NCBI GenBank assembly: GCA_964569425.1
Contig: CAZMVD010000007.1
Location: 1,477-65,476 of the forward strand
DNA length: 64,000 nucleotides
Reading direction: 5' to 3'
DNA from: an uncultured Phycisphaeraceae bacterium
Lineage (GTDB): Bacteria > Planctomycetota > Phycisphaerae > UBA1845
Shown: in pieces, positions 26,674 to 36,829 of the stretch
How positions within the stretch are numbered: the stretch's first letter is position 1
How the letters are laid out: each line of letters begins with the position of its first letter
Position numbers and translations under genes: made by a program
Notes under the pieces: model-generated
Told to the model about the DNA's origin: nothing
What the model saw: only the letters and a program-made list of their open reading frames with translations
Databases searched by the model: none

Positions 26674-27354
26674 CTATGCGCCTTTCCGTGCTTTCTTGCG
26701 TGCGGGTCGCGCGCGGCCGGCGCGAGGTTTGGATCGTTCTTTGCGGGACCGCTTGCCGGGGGGGGCCGCGCGCATGACCAGGCAGAATTCCTTTGCGTCG
26801 GATGCGGCGACGTGCCTTTCCAGGAAGGCCTGAACTTCTGCGCGGGTGGCATCGGGATGAACCAACTCCGCCTCGCGAAGCGCCTTGAGCAGCCGATCGT
26901 CCACCGGGATGGCGTGTCCGCCGAGGCTCCAGAGGACGACGGAGGCTACCACGTAGGGATCGAGGGAACCGAGAGTTTCCAAGTACTGTCGTGCTTCGCG
27001 GCGCCCCAGTTTGGCGAGGCGATTGAGGGTCATGCGGTTTTCGCGCTGGTAGACGGCTTGCAGGGCGTCGTGCAATTGCTGAGTCTGGGCGATGCCGTCG
27101 GGCAAGGAATCGCCGATGAGGCTATGCAATTCGGACACCTGGGTCACGCGAATTTCGTTCCAGTCCACCATGTGGGAGAACAGCCGGTTGACGACCTTTT
27201 CGGAGGCATCGTCGCCGATGCGCACACCGAGCACGGCGACGGCCAGCCGGCGTAATGGATCGTCGGCATCGGGGATCGGAGGGGCCGGCGCCGAAGCGCG
27301 CGCCTGGTTAAACGCTTTTTTGAGGCGTGCGGCGTACGCGGTCCCCTGTTTCAT
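26674..27354 (-). CDS. Endonuclease III-like helix-hairpin-helix domain protein with a Lys/Arg-rich tail (function unknown)
   Basis: The layout WNEIRVTQVSELHSLIG...ARQYLETLGSLDPYVVASVVLWSLGGHAIPVDDRLLKALREAELV resembles the HhH-GPD fold. ATG 27354 (MKQGTAY) is preferred; an in-frame GTG at 27462 is the alternative. Confidence 0.45.
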   Translation of the reverse strand: MKQGTAYAARLKKAFNQARASAPAPPIPDADDPLRRLAVAVLGVRIGDDASEKVVNRLFSHMVDWNEIRVTQVSELHSLIGDSLPDGIAQTQQLHDALQAVYQRENRMTLNRLAKLGRREARQYLETLGSLDPYVVASVVLWSLGGHAIPVDDRLLKALREAELVHPDATRAEVQAFLERHVAASDAKEFCLVMRAAPPGKRSRKERSKPRAGRARPARKKARKGA

Positions 27355-27468
27355 GCTTTCGTTTCCGAACGGACCAGGTGGGCGAGCGCCCGCGAGCGTC
27401 CGCGCGCCGCGTAAGGGCCCCGCCACCAGTTGATCTTCTGCCGACGCGTGGGGCGTTACCACCGGCCG

Positions 27469-27945
27469 TCAGCGGTCGGCCACTTTCTCCGAATCGTCCT
27501 GCGGTGTTCCTTGTTCGGGTACGTTCCGATCCTCCTGCTCGGCGGCCGGCGCGGTCGCATCATCGGCGGGGGCGGCATCGGCAAACCACTCGGGATGCTC
27601 CCGGCGATTCTGGTCGAGCAAGGCCAGCGTCTGGCGCGCCCGCTTGGCGGACTCGTCGATGTCGAACCGGAGCACCGGACATTGTCGCAGCGAGAGCCCC
27701 TGCGCCACCTGGCGCTGGATGAAGCCGCCGGCATGGCGGATCGCGGTGATCGTGCGCCGTTCCGCGGCGTCATCGCCGAGCACGGAAAAATAGACCTTGG
27801 CGATGAGCAGGTCGGGAGTCACCTCGACGCGCGTGACCGTCGTCAACGGTGCGATGCGCGGGTCATGCAGCCGGCCGGCCACCGTTTCGCTGACGATTTC
27901 GTGCACCAGACTGGCCACGCGCTCCTTGCGGTACGGTCGCGTCAC
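27469..27945 (-). CDS. rbfA: Ribosome-binding factor A
   Basis: RVASLVHEIVSETVAGRLHDPRIAPLTTVTRVEVTPDLLIAKVYFSVLG...IRHAGGFIQRQVAQGLSLRQCPVLRF, and it sits downstream of infB. Confidence 0.9.
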   Translation of the reverse strand: MTRPYRKERVASLVHEIVSETVAGRLHDPRIAPLTTVTRVEVTPDLLIAKVYFSVLGDDAAERRTITAIRHAGGFIQRQVAQGLSLRQCPVLRFDIDESAKRARQTLALLDQNRREHPEWFADAAPADDATAPAAEQEDRNVPEQGTPQDDSEKVADR

Positions 27946-27966
27946 TTCGATTTCCCCGTTACGTTC

Positions 27967-28248
27967 CTAGCGCATTTCCCGCGAGTAATCCAACAAGGTC
28001 AGTCCTACGGCGCCGCGCATCAGGTCGATCATCCGATCGAACTGCGTGTGTATGGGGCGCGATTCGTTGCAGACCAAAGCGATGCCCAGTCGGGAGCGTT
28101 TGGGCAAATCGTTGAAGTCCACCTCGGCCACCGACACGTTGAACGACTGGTGCAGGCGCTGTTTGAGGCTCTGAAGCACACGGCGTTTGTCTTTCAGCGT
28201 TTGTGCCTCCCACAGGGCCAGCTCCACGGTCATTACGCCTACGATCAT
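27967..28248 (-). CDS. DUF503 (YlxP-like) protein
   Basis: MIVGVMTVELALWEAQTLKDKRRVLQSLKQRLHQSFNVSVAEVDFNDLPKRSRLGIALV is typical of DUF503, in the usual infB-rbfA position. Internal ATG 28248 chosen because the longer ORF overlaps the upstream gene. Confidence 0.8.
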   Translation of the reverse strand: MIVGVMTVELALWEAQTLKDKRRVLQSLKQRLHQSFNVSVAEVDFNDLPKRSRLGIALVCNESRPIHTQFDRMIDLMRGAVGLTLLDYSREMR

Positions 28249-28264
28249 GGTCGGCGCTGCCGGT

Positions 28265-29404
28265 TCACGGTTTTGTTTCGCGGATGACTCGGGCGGCAAA
28301 GGCGCCGTCCTCGAGGCCGATCTTAAACAGCCGGGTGCGTTGATCGGGGGTGACGTAGGGCACCACGCCGATCCGTTGCAGCGCCTGTACCACGAAGGGT
28401 TCATCGGCGTCGCGAACGCCATAGAAGCGCAGTTCGCTGCGCACGTGTTGTTCGTCAAAGGCGTAAGCCGGCTCGCGGGGGATGTAACTGGTCACCAGTT
28501 CCTCGATGGAGAAGGAGCCGTCCGTGCCCACCGCCAGGCGGGGGAGAAACAGTGCTCGCACCCCCAGAGAGCGTTTGTTGCGGACTTCCACCTGACGGTA
28601 CTGTCGCACGAGGTAGATCTGCTCGGCGGTTTCGTGAACGAACTCGTCGGCGGCGTCGTCGGGGACGAAATAATCCTGCATCAGCCGGCGGCGGGTGGCG
28701 TCATCTGCACCGGCGATTTTGCGTCGAAAGTCGAGGTAGCCGCGAAAGCCGGTCAGGCTGGGGTCGTTCCACGGGAACACCACTTCCACTACGTATTCCC
28801 CGTCGGGGAGGTGGGGAAAGCCGGCGGCGCCCTGGGGCTGCTGGCAGCCCGGCGCCTCGTGAATGCGCCCTTTGGCCGGCGCACGTGATGCCTCCACGCA
28901 ATAGAAGCTCGCTCCCGGCGGAGTGGAGTGAACGTACAGCCCGACGAGATAATCGCGGTTGATCAGGCCGGGGCGTACTTCCTGCGGGCGGTCGCGCGGG
29001 CCACCTCGCTGGGTGGGCGCGGGCTGAGGAGGCTGTGCGACGCCGGTGGTGACGCGGCGCGCGAGTCCGCCTTCCTGAAACAGCGGAATGACCCACATGC
29101 GTCCGACGACGATGACCACAATGATGAGCAGTGCCGCATAGCACAGGCGCAGAACAACCGAAAACGGATTGAATTCACCGGGCTTGCGCGCCCGGCGTTT
29201 GAACCACCCGCCGGAACGGGCCCGGCGCGGCGGGGGCAGCGCTTCTCCCTGGGGCTTGAGGTCGTTGAAGAGGAAGTCGAGGGTGTCGGATTTGTTCTCG
29301 GGCACGTTGGCGGGGCGCCCGCAGTAGGAGCAGCGCACCGCGCCCCCGGCATCCTCGTCCTTAGCCCGGACCGTGTGACCGCATTCCGCTTTGAACTCGA
29401 TCAT
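28265..29404 (-). CDS. Hypothetical membrane protein: N-terminal zinc-ribbon, one TM helix, PEGA-like extracytoplasmic region
   Basis: CGHTVRAKDEDAGGAVRCSYCG (C-H...C-x2-C). TM helix VVLRLCYAALLIIVVIVVG. GLYVHSTPPGASFYCV is PEGA-like. Lies 11 nt downstream of infB. Confidence 0.6.
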   Translation of the reverse strand: MIEFKAECGHTVRAKDEDAGGAVRCSYCGRPANVPENKSDTLDFLFNDLKPQGEALPPPRRARSGGWFKRRARKPGEFNPFSVVLRLCYAALLIIVVIVVGRMWVIPLFQEGGLARRVTTGVAQPPQPAPTQRGGPRDRPQEVRPGLINRDYLVGLYVHSTPPGASFYCVEASRAPAKGRIHEAPGCQQPQGAAGFPHLPDGEYVVEVVFPWNDPSLTGFRGYLDFRRKIAGADDATRRRLMQDYFVPDDAADEFVHETAEQIYLVRQYRQVEVRNKRSLGVRALFLPRLAVGTDGSFSIEELVTSYIPREPAYAFDEQHVRSELRFYGVRDADEPFVVQALQRIGVVPYVTPDQRTRLFKIGLEDGAFAARVIRETKP

Positions 29405-29414
29405 GATGCTGCCG

Positions 29415-32156
29415 CTACAAGGTTCGAGCCGTCTTGATGATTTCGTAACTCTCCATCACGTCGCCCACGTGAATGTCGTCGAACCCCTCCAGGCGGATGC
29501 CGCATTCCATGCCGGCGCGGACCTCGCGCACGTCGTCTTTGAAGCGTCGTAACGAACCGATTTTGGCGCCGTCGCGTACCACAATGCCGTCGCGGACCAG
29601 TTTGATCAGGTGGGCGCGCACGAGCAGGCCGTCGGTGACGTAGGAGCCGGCGATCACGCCGCCTTTCTTGCCGAGGCGAAAGACCTCGCGCACCTGGATG
29701 GTGGCGTGGGTTTCAATGTGTTCCTCCGGCGCCAGGAGCCCTTCCAGGGCCTTCTTGATTTCGTCGCACACGGTGTAGATCACGCGGTACGAGCGCACGT
29801 CCACCCCATGGGTATCGGCCAGCCGTTTGGCGCCCGATGAGGCGTCTACCCGGAATGCCACGACAATGCCGTCGCAGGTGGCGGCCAGGAGGATGTCACT
29901 GTCGTTCACCGGACCGACCGCGGCATGGCGGATGGAGAGGCGGACTTCGTCGGAGGGGATTTCGGAGAGGGACTGCTTGAGGGCGGCGACGCTGCCGTCG
30001 ACGTCGGCCTTGATGATGATGTTGAGTTCGGGCACTTCACTGGCGTCGCGCTGGCGCAGGATATCCTGCAAGGTGCGTACCTTGCGTGTTTCGAGTCGAC
30101 TGTTTTCCAGGCGGAAGCGCTTGGTTTCTTCCGCGATGTTTTTGGCGCGCTGGAGCGACTCGACCTGATAGGCGCGATCACCGGCCGTGGGCACGTCGTC
30201 CAGCCCCCAGACTTCCACGGGCGTGGCAGGGCCGGCCGCATCGACGCGCTGGCCATTGTGGCTGAGCAGCGCCCGAATTTTGCCGGCGGCGTTGCCGCAC
30301 ACGATGACATCGCCCACGCGGAGGGTTCCGTTCTGGACCAGCACGCGCACCACGGGGCCGACGCCGGTCTTGGTTTCCGCTTCGATGACCGTACCCGTTG
30401 CGGGGAGTGAGGGATCGGACTTGAGTTCCAGCAGGCTGCTCAAATCGGCGAGGTGCTCGACCAGTTCGGTGACCCCGCGCCCGGTGGTGGCCGACGTGGG
30501 GATGACGTCGACTTCACCGCCCCACTCGCTGGGGGAAAGGCCATGCTCGGCGAGCTGGCCGTAGATCTTCAACTTGTTTTGTTCGCCCAGGTCGATTTTG
30601 TTGAGGGCCACGACGATCGGCACTTTGGCCGCCTGGGCGTGGCGGATCGCCTCCACGGTCTGGGGCATCACGCCGTCATCGGCGGCTACGACGAGCACGA
30701 CGACGTCGGTAACCTGGGCTCCGCGAGCGCGCATTTCGGCGAACGCTTCGTGGCCGGGGGTATCGAGGAAGGTCACGGGTCCGCGTGCCGTTTCGACCTG
30801 GTAGAAACTGATGTGCTGGGTAATGCCGCCATCTTCCTCAGCGGCGACCCTGGCTTTGCGGATGGCGTCGAGCAAACTGGTCTTGCCGTGATCGACGTGC
30901 CCGAGCACGGTCACCACCGGGGGACGCGGCTGCAGATCGACCGGCGCACGATTCTCAAATTGTTCTTTCAGGTCGTCGAGCAGTGTCTTGGCGGGGACGA
31001 CGGTGAGTTCGAGGCCAAACTGCAAGGCCAGAAGTTGTGCAGTTTCCGTCGGAAGGGTCATGTTGATGTTGGGGATCAGTTTGAACTCGTCGCGCATGAC
31101 CTTGAAGAGCTGCATGAAGCTCAGGCCGGTTTCTCCGCAGAATTCCTTCAGTCGGATGGGTTCGTGGACGGTGGCCGTGGTCTTGGGGCCGGCGGAAACC
31201 GCCGAAGTTCCCGTGCCGCCGCCGGCGGTGCCCTGTCCGGCGCGGCGGCGGACGATCCGCCGACCGGTGGCTCCTTCGAGGCGTACCTGCCGCTCCAACA
31301 GGTCGCGGTCGCGCCATTCCGCGGTGCGGTCGCCCGGTTCACCGGCGCGGCCGGCGGCGCGTCGCGGACTGACCCGCCCGCGACGCCGATCGCCTCCGCG
31401 GCCCGGTGCGGGGGGACCTGCATCGCGTGCGGGAGCGCCAGGCTCTCCTGGAGGGGTCGCGCCCCTTTCCCGCGGGCCACGGCGTGGCGGACGGACATCG
31501 TGATCGGGCGCCTCATAGCGTACGACGCGCGGACCCTGCAACTTGGCGGGTGCGGGAACGTGCTGGGGGCCGGCCGGCGCCACGGGTTTGATCACCTTGG
31601 CCGCGGCGGCCTCGGTGTCATCGCCCTCGGGACTTTCGTCCGCCTCGACCGCCGCAGGCAGCGGCACCTGCTCGGCCGGTTCGGTTAGTTCCTCGACGCG
31701 CGGGGGGGGCGAATCCGCGGCCGGGGGCATCGGCGGCGGCGCGAGGACCGGCGCTTCCGGCAAGGCAGTCGTGGTCGGCCCTTCGGTCGGCGCTTCGACC
31801 GTTGGGGCTGGTACCAGGGGTTCGTGCCGGTCTTCCGGTGCTTCGGCGAGGGCGACATCGCCGTCGTCGCCGAGGGCGGCTTCGTCGTGACTTTCGTCTT
31901 CGCCGGTCCGGGCGGCTTTGCGTTTTCGAGGTTTGAGTCGGACCTTTTCCAGATCGACGCGTTTGGCGGTTTCGACGGCCACGGTGTGCGACCCTTCGCT
32001 GAACCATTCGAGAATGGTCGCCTGCAAGCCGGCGCTCAGGGTGGACATGTGGTTCTTGACCGAGTCGATGCCCTCCGCCTGGCACTTCTCGATGATGACT
32101 TTGCTGGGAACGTTCAGTTCCTTGGCCAGGATGTGAACGCGCATCTTCTCAGACAA
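29415..32156 (-). CDS. infB: Translation initiation factor IF-2
   Basis: GTPase motifs [32 protein letters not shown]-2 C-terminal domains. Pro/Ala/Arg-rich N-terminal extension. Confidence 0.97.
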   Translation of the reverse strand: MSEKMRVHILAKELNVPSKVIIEKCQAEGIDSVKNHMSTLSAGLQATILEWFSEGSHTVAVETAKRVDLEKVRLKPRKRKAARTGEDESHDEAALGDDGDVALAEAPEDRHEPLVPAPTVEAPTEGPTTTALPEAPVLAPPPMPPAADSPPPRVEELTEPAEQVPLPAAVEADESPEGDDTEAAAAKVIKPVAPAGPQHVPAPAKLQGPRVVRYEAPDHDVRPPRRGPRERGATPPGEPGAPARDAGPPAPGRGGDRRRGRVSPRRAAGRAGEPGDRTAEWRDRDLLERQVRLEGATGRRIVRRRAGQGTAGGGTGTSAVSAGPKTTATVHEPIRLKEFCGETGLSFMQLFKVMRDEFKLIPNINMTLPTETAQLLALQFGLELTVVPAKTLLDDLKEQFENRAPVDLQPRPPVVTVLGHVDHGKTSLLDAIRKARVAAEEDGGITQHISFYQVETARGPVTFLDTPGHEAFAEMRARGAQVTDVVVLVVAADDGVMPQTVEAIRHAQAAKVPIVVALNKIDLGEQNKLKIYGQLAEHGLSPSEWGGEVDVIPTSATTGRGVTELVEHLADLSSLLELKSDPSLPATGTVIEAETKTGVGPVVRVLVQNGTLRVGDVIVCGNAAGKIRALLSHNGQRVDAAGPATPVEVWGLDDVPTAGDRAYQVESLQRAKNIAEETKRFRLENSRLETRKVRTLQDILRQRDASEVPELNIIIKADVDGSVAALKQSLSEIPSDEVRLSIRHAAVGPVNDSDILLAATCDGIVVAFRVDASSGAKRLADTHGVDVRSYRVIYTVCDEIKKALEGLLAPEEHIETHATIQVREVFRLGKKGGVIAGSYVTDGLLVRAHLIKLVRDGIVVRDGAKIGSLRRFKDDVREVRAGMECGIRLEGFDDIHVGDVMESYEIIKTARTL

Positions 32157-32225
32157 CGGCAGTCTCCCTCAACCCGAAAGCCTGCCCTTCATCCGGGCAG
32201 GAGTTACTCGCCGCGCTCAGCGGCG

Positions 32226-33587
32226 TTACGTCGCGTCGCTCAACTCACCGATTCGCTCAGCGCCGCCCGCGTCGTCCGTAGCGGGGAGCGCGGGTTCTTC
32301 GGCGCTTGATTCCGTTTCGCCCTCCGGCGGCGTCGGTTCTGCGGATTGGCCCGGTTCTGCTGCGTCGGTCGCAGTCTCTTTCGCCAGTTTCGCCTGCGCG
32401 GCGGCCTCGGCGGCGGCTGCCTGTTTCGCGGCTTCTTCCTCGGCGGCGATGCGCTTCGCCTCGGAGGCGGCGATTTCGACGACGCGCGCGGCCAGTTGTT
32501 CCTCCATGCCCAGGTCCGCGGTCAGCGGTTCGGCGCCTACTTCCGCCAGATCGGAAAGCGAGACCACACCCATCGCGAGCATCTTGTCGAGCAGCACGTC
32601 CTCCACGCCTTCGATGGCGCCGATGGAACGTTCCAGATCGTCCACGCACTTGTCGTATTCCGCCGGGGTGAGGATATCGATATCCCACCCGGTCAATTGG
32701 GCTGCGAGGCGGACGTTCTGGCCGCGCTTGCCGATGGCCAGGGAAAGCTGCTCTTCGTCGACGATGACCCGCGCCCGCCCCAGTTCGAAGCACAGGAAAG
32801 TTTCTTTGACTTCGGCGGGTTTGAGGGCGTTGGAAATGAGCACCTGGGACGATTCGTTCCAACGTACGATGTCGATCTTCTCACCGCCCAGTTCGTCCAC
32901 GATGTTGCGGATGCGGCTGCCGCGCACGCCGACGCAAGCCCCGACGGCGTCCACTTTGGAGTCGATGGACGAGACCGCCACCTTGGTGCGGTAGCCGGCC
33001 TCGCGGGCGAGCGCGCGAATTTCGATGATTCGCTCCGCCACCTCAGGGACCTCCAACTCGAACAACTTGCGGATGTAGTCCGGGTGGGTCTGGGTGAGCA
33101 CGATCTTGACCTGGTTCTGCTCTTCGCGGACGTTCAGGATCATCGCACGGATGCGTTCGCCGGGGTGGTGCTGGTCGCCGGGAATCTGCTCGCTGCGGGG
33201 CAGGAACCCCTCCGCCCGGCCGAGGTTGACCGTGATCGCCCCGCCTTCGTAGCGCGTGACGGTGCCGGTGACGATGGTGCCGACGCGCTGGGAATATTCC
33301 TCGAAGATGGAGCTGCGCTCGTCTTCGCGGATTTTCTGGATCATGACCTGTTTGGCGGTCTGGGCGGCGATGCGGCCCAGGGTTTTCATGTCGATCGGGC
33401 TGCCGTCGACGGTGGCGGTGATGTCGCCGCTGATTCGGTCGATCAACACGACGATGTCGGCGGCCTCGTTATATGCTTTTCGTGCCGCCGAGAGCATCGC
33501 CGCTTCCAGGTCGTTGAGGACACTGTCTTTGGCGATGTTCTTATCGCGCGCGATGGAATCGACAAATCGCAGCAGTTCCGTATTCAT
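32226..33587 (-). CDS. nusA: Transcription termination/antitermination factor NusA
   Basis: MNTELLRFVDSIARDKNIAKDSVLNDLEAAML, S1 domain (GTIVTGTVTRYEGGAITVNLG), KH domains (VGACVGVRGSRIRNIVDELGGEKIDIV; AIGKRGQNVRLAAQLTGWDIDI). Confidence 0.97.
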   Translation of the reverse strand: MNTELLRFVDSIARDKNIAKDSVLNDLEAAMLSAARKAYNEAADIVVLIDRISGDITATVDGSPIDMKTLGRIAAQTAKQVMIQKIREDERSSIFEEYSQRVGTIVTGTVTRYEGGAITVNLGRAEGFLPRSEQIPGDQHHPGERIRAMILNVREEQNQVKIVLTQTHPDYIRKLFELEVPEVAERIIEIRALAREAGYRTKVAVSSIDSKVDAVGACVGVRGSRIRNIVDELGGEKIDIVRWNESSQVLISNALKPAEVKETFLCFELGRARVIVDEEQLSLAIGKRGQNVRLAAQLTGWDIDILTPAEYDKCVDDLERSIGAIEGVEDVLLDKMLAMGVVSLSDLAEVGAEPLTADLGMEEQLAARVVEIAASEAKRIAAEEEAAKQAAAAEAAAQAKLAKETATDAAEPGQSAEPTPPEGETESSAEEPALPATDDAGGAERIGELSDAT

Positions 33588-33653
33588 GAGTGCCCCGACT
33601 ACTCCTTGGTTCTGGACATCCTGTTGTCCGCCCGCCCGTACCGGCGGGCCCTC

Positions 33654-33687
33654 AAAAAAAAACGTGGGCGCCTCAAGCTAACCCACG
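33654..33687 (-). terminator. Putative intrinsic terminator upstream of the nusA leader
   Basis: On the minus strand: CGTGGG-13 nt loop-CCCACG followed by T9 (A9 at 33654-33662 on the plus strand). The stem is short, so this is tentative. Confidence 0.4.
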
Positions 33688-34136
33688 CGGAGCGATCCCA
33701 CACCACCACTGGATGATCCCACGGCGCTAGGGCATCGCGCTTCCCTCCCAAACGAGGGGCAGGACGTTCGCCCCGCGGGAACCCCGGCGCTGTGCGCAAT
33801 CACGCAGCACGGGCTGCGGCTCCGCGTATACCAACCAACAGGTTCACTGTGCCGGATCCTTCATACCACTTCCCGAAATCCATGTTGACGGGGTTACGGA
33901 GTACCGAATCCACGGCACGCCGCACTTACCCGCAGGTGCCTCGCTTCTTGTCCATAATCCCTTATCGGGGATGGCAGCCGTTTCCGCAAGACCGACTGAT
34001 TCGCGAGGTCGGAACGGATTATAAGTATCACTTCCCATCTGTCAAACCGGTCCATAACGACCCTGGCGGGTCAATCAACTCGAAGAACCACGCGTCCCGC
34101 GGCAAACTGGGCAAGAAGTCGGTTGGGTCCGAAGGG

Positions 34137-35441
34137 TTAGACCTTGGGGGGCTCGGTGCGGTGACCCGACAGGTCGCGGATCCCTTTGTCTCCGATGTCT
34201 CGTCTGAAGTAGGCGCCCTCAAACCGGATACGCTCCACGGCCTCGTAAGCGCGGCGCTTGGCTTCTGCAATATCGGCTCCCAAGGCGGTGACCGCCAGAA
34301 CCCTGCCTCCAGCGGAGAGCGTGACGTGCTCCACGCGCGTGGTGGCCGCGTGGAATACGTACACGTCCTTGAGTGCCGCGACGCTGTCCAGCCCTTCGAT
34401 CACCTTGCCAGATTCGTACTTGTCGGGATATCCGCGCGAAGCCATCACCACCGAGAGTGCCGCCTTGGGGCTCCAGCGTATTTCCGCGTCGGCCAATCTT
34501 CCGTCCACGACGGCTTCCAGGCAATCGGCCAGATCGGACTCCAGCCGGGGGAGCAGGGCCTGGGCCTCGGGGTCTCCGAACCGGCAGTTGAACTCGAGCA
34601 CTTTGGGACCACCCGGGGTGAGCATCAAACCCGCGTAGAGCAAACCGCGGTACTCTGCGCCGTCGTTGCGCAAGGCGTCAACGATGGGCACGAGAATTTC
34701 GCGTTCGACTCGTTGCAAGACGTCGGCAGAGGCCATGGGCGCCGGGCAGTAAGCGCCCATGCCGCCGGTGTTCGGTCCGGTGTCTCCTTCGCCGATGGCT
34801 TTGTGGTCCTGCGCCGATTCGAGCAGGTAAATGGTGTGGCCGTCCACCAGTGCAAAGACCGAGAGCTCCTGCCCGCGCAGCAGTTCCTCCACGACCACGG
34901 AATCTCCGGCGCGGCCGAACGAGTGATTGAGCATGATGCGCTCAAGCGCCAGGAGGCCATCGGCGGGATCCTCGCAAACGAAGACACCTTTCCCTGCGGC
35001 GAGGCCCGAGGCCTTGACCACAACGCCGGCGTCGCGTGTGGCCACGTACTCTCGTGCGTCGTCGTAGCGGTCGAATACGCGCCCCTCGGCGGTGGGTACA
35101 TGGGCGATTTTCATCAAGCGCTTGGCATACCCTTTGTCTCCCTCGATCCGCGCGGCCGCGGCGGTGGGACCAAAAGCGCGAAGGCCTGCGGCGTTGAATC
35201 GGTCGACGATGCCGGCGCAAAGTGGGGCTTCGGGGCCGACCACGGTCAGATCGGCGCCTATTTTCCGGGCGACGGTGACCAGGCCGGGTATGTCGTTGAC
35301 GTCGGCGGGGAGGTTCTCGGCCTGGTTCGCGGTACCGGCGTTGCCGGGCGCGCAGAAGACCTTTTGCACGCGTGCGGAGCGTGCGAGGCCGTGCACCAAA
35401 GCGTGTTCCCGCCCCCCTCCACCGATCACCAGCACGCGCAT
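34137..35441 (-). CDS. purD: Phosphoribosylamine-glycine ligase
   Basis: MRVLVIGGGGREHALVHGLARS...VFCAPGNAGTA, ATP-grasp core, FNCRFGDPEAQALL. Start moved to ATG 35441, the conserved N-terminus. Confidence 0.95.
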   Translation of the reverse strand: MRVLVIGGGGREHALVHGLARSARVQKVFCAPGNAGTANQAENLPADVNDIPGLVTVARKIGADLTVVGPEAPLCAGIVDRFNAAGLRAFGPTAAAARIEGDKGYAKRLMKIAHVPTAEGRVFDRYDDAREYVATRDAGVVVKASGLAAGKGVFVCEDPADGLLALERIMLNHSFGRAGDSVVVEELLRGQELSVFALVDGHTIYLLESAQDHKAIGEGDTGPNTGGMGAYCPAPMASADVLQRVEREILVPIVDALRNDGAEYRGLLYAGLMLTPGGPKVLEFNCRFGDPEAQALLPRLESDLADCLEAVVDGRLADAEIRWSPKAALSVVMASRGYPDKYESGKVIEGLDSVAALKDVYVFHAATTRVEHVTLSAGGRVLAVTALGADIAEAKRRAYEAVERIRFEGAYFRRDIGDKGIRDLSGHRTEPPKV

Positions 35442-35862
35442 CAGACGGCTCTCCAGCAGGTTCAGGCCCGAGAGATCGACGAAGTTCCCTGCGGGCAGTG
35501 AATTCTGCTTCGTGTAGTCGACTTGCGGCCCGACGGCAAGATGTGTGACGTGGGGGATCGAGGCGTTTACCAGCGGTTTACGGGCGCAGCGGCGTGAATT
35601 TGCGGATGGGAGGAAAGGATGTATATTGAGGCTGTCCAGACCGCCAGGCGAATCGAACAATTACCGGGGCGACATGGCGTGTATCGCTGTTCGCGAGGCG
35701 CGGCGCCCGGGTGGCGGCGTCATGGTGGTTTTGGCGGGTGCCGGTCGATTGGTGGGCTGGATGGTGCGTAGGGAATGTGGCGGCGCGGGCCAGGATCGCC
35801 GGGAAGACCGGCCGTGGTTGCGCGCCCGTTCGATGCGTTGAGTGACCCTCAGGGAGAGGCCG

Positions 35863-36321
35863 ATGGAACGGTGCGTTCAGTTTTCGATTTTTCTGGTGAA
35901 CAAGCCGGGGATGTTGTCGCAGATTTTCCGCGAGCTGGCGAAGGCGAAGATCAATATCGTCAACCTGGCGATGATGGACTCCATGGAGCATGGGGTTCTG
36001 CGGATGATTGTGGATGATGTGGCCTTGTGCCGACAGGTGATGCGGCTGGCCAACATTCCGATGACCGAGACGGAAGTGCTGGCGGTGGGGCTGCCGAACC
36101 GCCCGGGCGCTGCGGCGGAACTGTGCGACAAGCTTTCTGCGGCGCACATCAACATCGGGTATATGTACTGCACCAGCGGCATCAACGGTTCGAAGACGAT
36201 GGTGGTGCTCAAGGTGCCGGACATTAAGAAGGCGATCAAGGTACTGTCGGCGGTCAACAAGACGACGCGGCGGGACATGAAGATCAAGCTGCGCCGCCCG
36301 GCGGTGACCAATCGGCGATAG
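35863..36321 (+). CDS. ACT domain-containing protein
   Basis: Two ACT-like halves (VQFSIFLVNKPGMLSQIFRELAKAKINIVNL; LAVGLPNRPGAAAELCDKLSAAHINIGYMY). GGGAGAGG sits 3 nt before ATG 35863. Confidence 0.75.
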   Translation: MERCVQFSIFLVNKPGMLSQIFRELAKAKINIVNLAMMDSMEHGVLRMIVDDVALCRQVMRLANIPMTETEVLAVGLPNRPGAAAELCDKLSAAHINIGYMYCTSGINGSKTMVVLKVPDIKKAIKVLSAVNKTTRRDMKIKLRRPAVTNRR

Positions 36322-36408
36322 CACCAGCGGCGAATTCGTCCCATTCCGGCCACGAGAGGATTTTCGACTCGCCCAAGTACGGGAATCGACCTTCCTGCAC
36401 TGTTTGCC

Positions 36409-36810
36409 ATGTGTTACACCGTCGGGACATGCAATTATGCATCGACGTCGGATGTGTGGCGCCGCCGGGTGGGGCGTATCGCCTGCGCTTCGACTCTCCT
36501 CTTTCTCCTTGGTTGCAGCATCGCGGGATCGTGGAACCGCGTGGAAACAACGCCGCCGAACGGTGCGTTTCCGGTCGAATCGTTGACTCTGAGTCCTGAC
36601 GGGCGGTTTACCGCGACGGGATGGCGCAACGGTTCGCCGGCCACGCGTACCGGCACCTACCGTTGGAACGGGAGTACCCTGCGCCTGGAGATGGCCGAGG
36701 GCGGCACGGTGGAGTTTGGCGGTCGCCGCCGCAGCGACGGCGCGCTGCTGCTCATCGACCGGTCGAGCAGCGATCAGCCCCGTGCCGTGTTTAAGCCGCG
36801 GGAGAGATAG
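36409..36810 (+). CDS. Small hypothetical lipoprotein
   Basis: RRRVGRIACASTLLFLLGC lipobox, then a beta-rich segment of about 95 aa (LTLSPDGRFTATGW...GTYRWNGSTLRLEM). Exact start uncertain. Confidence 0.5.
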   Translation: MCYTVGTCNYASTSDVWRRRVGRIACASTLLFLLGCSIAGSWNRVETTPPNGAFPVESLTLSPDGRFTATGWRNGSPATRTGTYRWNGSTLRLEMAEGGTVEFGGRRRSDGALLLIDRSSSDQPRAVFKPRER

Positions 36811-36829
36811 GCGGCCGGTTTTTCACTTT

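Noticed and set aside
33690-34136. Tested the purD-nusA gap for RNase P RNA, tmRNA, SRP RNA, a tRNA (as upstream of E. coli nusA) or a degenerate rimP
   Set aside because: I found no GGAAAGTCC-type RNase P core, no tRNA-like GGTTCGAnTCC T-arm or CCA end, no SRP GGAAGCAGCC-like motif and no RimP-like ORF. Its identity is left open rather than named.
33599-34270. Short ORFs 33599..33799-, 33844..34038-, 34028..34270-
   Set aside because: Low-complexity Arg/Pro-rich translations with no RBS. One overlaps the terminator and another overlaps the purD 3' end.
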